DNA of 42,238 nt from a virus (Duplodnaviria > Heunggongvirae > Uroviricota > Caudoviricetes). The translations under genes were made by a program, and so were the position numbers. The stretch is taken from IMG/VR virus record IMGVR_UViG_2703718851_000004, positions 1 to 42,238 of that record, one strand, 5' to 3'. This document shows, piece by piece, positions 39,773 through 42,238 of the stretch. Below the pieces are notes generated by a model. It was given only the letters and a program-made list of their open reading frames with translations. It was not told where the DNA came from and searched no databases. Position 1 is the stretch's first letter; each line of letters opens with the position of its first letter.

Positions 39773-40820
39773 GCGCCGGGATTTACCCCCTAACCTTTAT
39801 ATAAGAAACAATGGATATTACTGCTACAGGGACCCAAGGACTGGTAAAGAGTTCGGATTAGGCAGAGACAGGAGGATAGCAATTACTGAAGCAATACAGG
39901 CAAACATTGAGTTATTTTCAGGACACAAACACAAGCCTCTGACAGCGAGAATCAACAGTGATAATTCTGTTACGTTACATTCATGGCTTGATCGCTACGA
40001 AAAAATCCTCGCCAGCAGAGGAATCAAGCAGAAGACACTCATAAATTACATGAGCAAAATTAAAGCAATAAGGAGGTGCCTGCCTGATGCTCCACTTGAA
40101 GACATCACCACAAAAGAAATTGCGGCAATGCTCAATGGATACATAGACGAGGGCAAGGCGGCGTCAGCCAAGTTAATCAGATCAACACTGAGCGATGCAT
40201 TCCGAGAGGCAATAGCTGAAGGCCATATAACAACAAACCCGGTCGCTGCCACTCGCGCAGCAAAATCAGAGGTAAGGAGATCAAGACTTACAGCTGACGA
40301 ATACCTGAAAATTTATCAAGCAGCAGAATCATCACCATGTTGGCTCAGACTTGCAATGGAACTGGCTGTTGTTACCGGGCAGCGAGTTGGTGATTTATGC
40401 GAAATGAAGTGGTCTGATATCGTAGATGGATATCTTTATGTCGAGCAAAGCAAAACAGGCGTAAAAATTGCCATCCCTACAACATTGCATGTTGATGCTC
40501 TCGGGATATCAATGAAGGAAACACTTGATAAATGCAAAGAGATTCTTGGCGGAGAAACCATAATTGCATCTACTCGTCGTGAACCGCTTTCATCCGGCAC
40601 AGTATCAAGGTATTTTATGCGCGCACGAAAAGCATCAGGTCTTTCCTTCGAAGGGGATCCGCCAACCTTTCACGAGTTGCGCAGTTTGTCTGCAAGACTC
40701 TATGAGAAGCAGATAAGCGATAAGTTTGCTCAACATCTTCTCGGGCATAAGTCGGACACCATGGCATCACAGTATCGTGATGACAGAGGCAGGGAGTGGG
40801 ACAAAATTGAAATCAAATAA
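39750..40820 (+). CDS. int: Tyrosine integrase Int
   Basis: 356 aa, near-identical to lambda Int from memory (MGRRRSHERRDLPPNLYIRNNGYYCYRDPRTGKEF...). Confidence 0.97.
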   Translation: MGRRRSHERRDLPPNLYIRNNGYYCYRDPRTGKEFGLGRDRRIAITEAIQANIELFSGHKHKPLTARINSDNSVTLHSWLDRYEKILASRGIKQKTLINYMSKIKAIRRCLPDAPLEDITTKEIAAMLNGYIDEGKAASAKLIRSTLSDAFREAIAEGHITTNPVAATRAAKSEVRRSRLTADEYLKIYQAAESSPCWLRLAMELAVVTGQRVGDLCEMKWSDIVDGYLYVEQSKTGVKIAIPTTLHVDALGISMKETLDKCKEILGGETIIASTRREPLSSGTVSRYFMRARKASGLSFEGDPPTFHELRSLSARLYEKQISDKFAQHLLGHKSDTMASQYRDDRGREWDKIEIK

Positions 40821-40893
40821 TGATTTTATTTTGACTGATAGTGACCTGTTCGTTGCAACAAATTGATAAGCAATGCTTTTTTATAATGCCAAC

Positions 40894-40908
40894 TTAGTAT
40901 AAAAAAGC
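40894..40908. repeat. attL: att core repeat at int-proximal junction (attL-type)
   Basis: TTAGTATAAAAAAGC; phage side 40821..40893 matches the lambda P' arm from memory; identical core at 91..105. Confidence 0.9.
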
Positions 40909-40954
40909 AGGCTTCAACGGATTCATTTTTCTATTTCATAGCCCGGAGCAACCT

Positions 40955-42238
40955 GTGAACACATTTTCAGTTTCCCGTCTGGCGCTGGCATTGGCTTTTG
41001 GCGTGACGCTGACCGCCTGTAGCTCAACCCCGCCCGATCAACGTCCTTCTGATCAAACCGCGCCTGGTACCTCTTCTCGCCCGATTCTGTCGGCAAAAGA
41101 AGCGCAGAATTTCGATGCTCAACACTATTTTGCATCCCTGACACCAGGTGCTGCAGCGTGGAATCCTTCCCCGATTACCCTGCCTGCGCAACCTGACTTT
41201 GTTGTCGGCCCGGCGGGCACTCAAGGTGTAACGCATACCACGATTCAGGCGGCGGTAGATGCGGCAATTATCAAGCGTACCAACAAGCGCCAGTATATTG
41301 CCGTGATGCCTGGTGAGTATCAGGGAACGGTATATGTCCCTGCCGCTCCGGGTGGAATTACTCTGTACGGTACAGGTGAAAAACCGATTGATGTGAAGAT
41401 TGGGCTTTCCCTTGATGGTGGCATGAGCCCTGCCGACTGGCGTCACGACGTCAACCCGCGCGGCAAATATATGCCAGGTAAACCAGCGTGGTATATGTAC
41501 GATAGCTGCCAGAGCAAACGCAGCGACAGTATCGGTGTTCTCTGCTCTGCGGTCTTCTGGTCACAAAACAATGGCCTGCAACTGCAAAATCTGACCATCG
41601 AAAACACGCTGGGCGATAGCGTAGATGCAGGTAACCATCCGGCGGTGGCACTGCGTACTGATGGTGACCAGGTACAGATTAACAACGTTAACATTCTCGG
41701 TCGTCAGAACACCTTCTTTGTCACCAACAGCGGTGTGCAGAACCGTCTGGAAACGAATCGTCAGCCGCGTACGCTGGTGACCAACAGCTACATTGAAGGG
41801 GATGTGGATATCGTTTCTGGTCGCGGCGCAGTGGTGTTCGATAACACCGAATTCCGCGTGGTGAACTCACGTACTCAGCAAGAAGCGTATGTGTTTGCAC
41901 CGGCTACGCTGTCCAACATTTACTACGGTTTCCTCGCCGTAAACAGCCGTTTCAATGCTTTCGGTGATGGTGTGGCGCAACTGGGCCGCTCGCTGGATGT
42001 TGATGCCAATACCAACGGTCAGGTGGTGATCCGTGATAGCGCCATCAACGAAGGTTTTAACACGGCTAAACCGTGGGCCGATGCGGTGATCTCTAATCGT
42101 CCGTTTGCGGGTAATACCGGCAGCGTAGATGATAACGACGAAATACAGCGCAATCTGAATGACACTAACTACAACCGCATGTGGGAATACAATAACCGCG
42201 GCGTGGGTAGTAAAGTGGTTGCAGAGGCGAAGAAGTAA
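40955..42238 (+). CDS. ybhC: Host YbhC-type outer-membrane lipoprotein (pectinesterase-fold family), GTG start
   Basis: 427 aa; signal peptide with lipobox LTAC; GGAG RBS; lies beyond the att core, so chromosomal. Confidence 0.88.
   Translation: MNTFSVSRLALALAFGVTLTACSSTPPDQRPSDQTAPGTSSRPILSAKEAQNFDAQHYFASLTPGAAAWNPSPITLPAQPDFVVGPAGTQGVTHTTIQAAVDAAIIKRTNKRQYIAVMPGEYQGTVYVPAAPGGITLYGTGEKPIDVKIGLSLDGGMSPADWRHDVNPRGKYMPGKPAWYMYDSCQSKRSDSIGVLCSAVFWSQNNGLQLQNLTIENTLGDSVDAGNHPAVALRTDGDQVQINNVNILGRQNTFFVTNSGVQNRLETNRQPRTLVTNSYIEGDVDIVSGRGAVVFDNTEFRVVNSRTQQEAYVFAPATLSNIYYGFLAVNSRFNAFGDGVAQLGRSLDVDANTNGQVVIRDSAINEGFNTAKPWADAVISNRPFAGNTGSVDDNDEIQRNLNDTNYNRMWEYNNRGVGSKVVAEAKK

Larger units (their letters stand above)
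91..40908. mobile_element. Complete integrated lambdoid prophage (~40.8 kb), mosaic of lambda-type early/integration functions and P22/Sf6-type virion module
   Basis: Bounded by identical 15-bp direct repeats (91..105 and 40894..40908); int/xis next to right repeat; full regulation, replication, lysis and morphogenesis gene set between them. Confidence 0.92.

Noticed and set aside
1-42238. CRISPR arrays, insertion sequences or transposase genes
   Set aside because: No regularly spaced direct repeats, terminal inverted repeats or transposase-like ORFs were seen; the only mobile element is the prophage itself.

Overview
The window is an E. coli/Shigella-type chromosomal segment carrying one complete integrated lambdoid prophage of about 40.8 kb (91..40908) at the lambda attachment site. 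It is bounded by identical 15-bp core repeats TTAGTATAAAAAAGC, with host DNA at 1..90 and the host lipoprotein gene ybhC at 40955..42238. The prophage is a mosaic. Lambda-type parts (recognised from memory, no database search run): int/xis/att with the cII-dependent pI site, N with nutL/nutR, cII/oop/pRE, cIII, ral and a nin region (ninB, E, F, G, H, orf221-like phosphatase). Non-lambda parts: a cI with lambda-like C-terminal domain but different DNA-binding domain, a different cro, erf plus short ssb, an O-like initiator with internal iterons plus a primase-helicase, and a Dam-type methyltransferase inserted in the nin region. Late region: Q-like antiterminator, compact candidate pR'/tR', a tRNA-Thr and a tRNA-like gene, then a phage-21-type pinholin/SAR-endolysin/Rz/Rz1 cassette. 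The virion module is P22/Sf6-type (terS, terL, portal, scaffold, coat, gp4, gp10, gp26, gp14, ejection proteins gp7/gp20/gp16, tailspike), followed by a gtrABC O-antigen glucosylation cassette next to attR. The best candidate for something undescribed is an AT-rich accessory island at 5640..6810, in the slot where P22 carries sieA/immI: a divergent pair (121-aa HExxH mini-zincin and a four-TM membrane protein) plus a small basic protein, insulated by intrinsic terminators. A block of eight small coupled genes of unknown function at 36164..39440 is a second candidate. Coordinates of RNA and regulatory features were derived by hand and may be off by a few bases.
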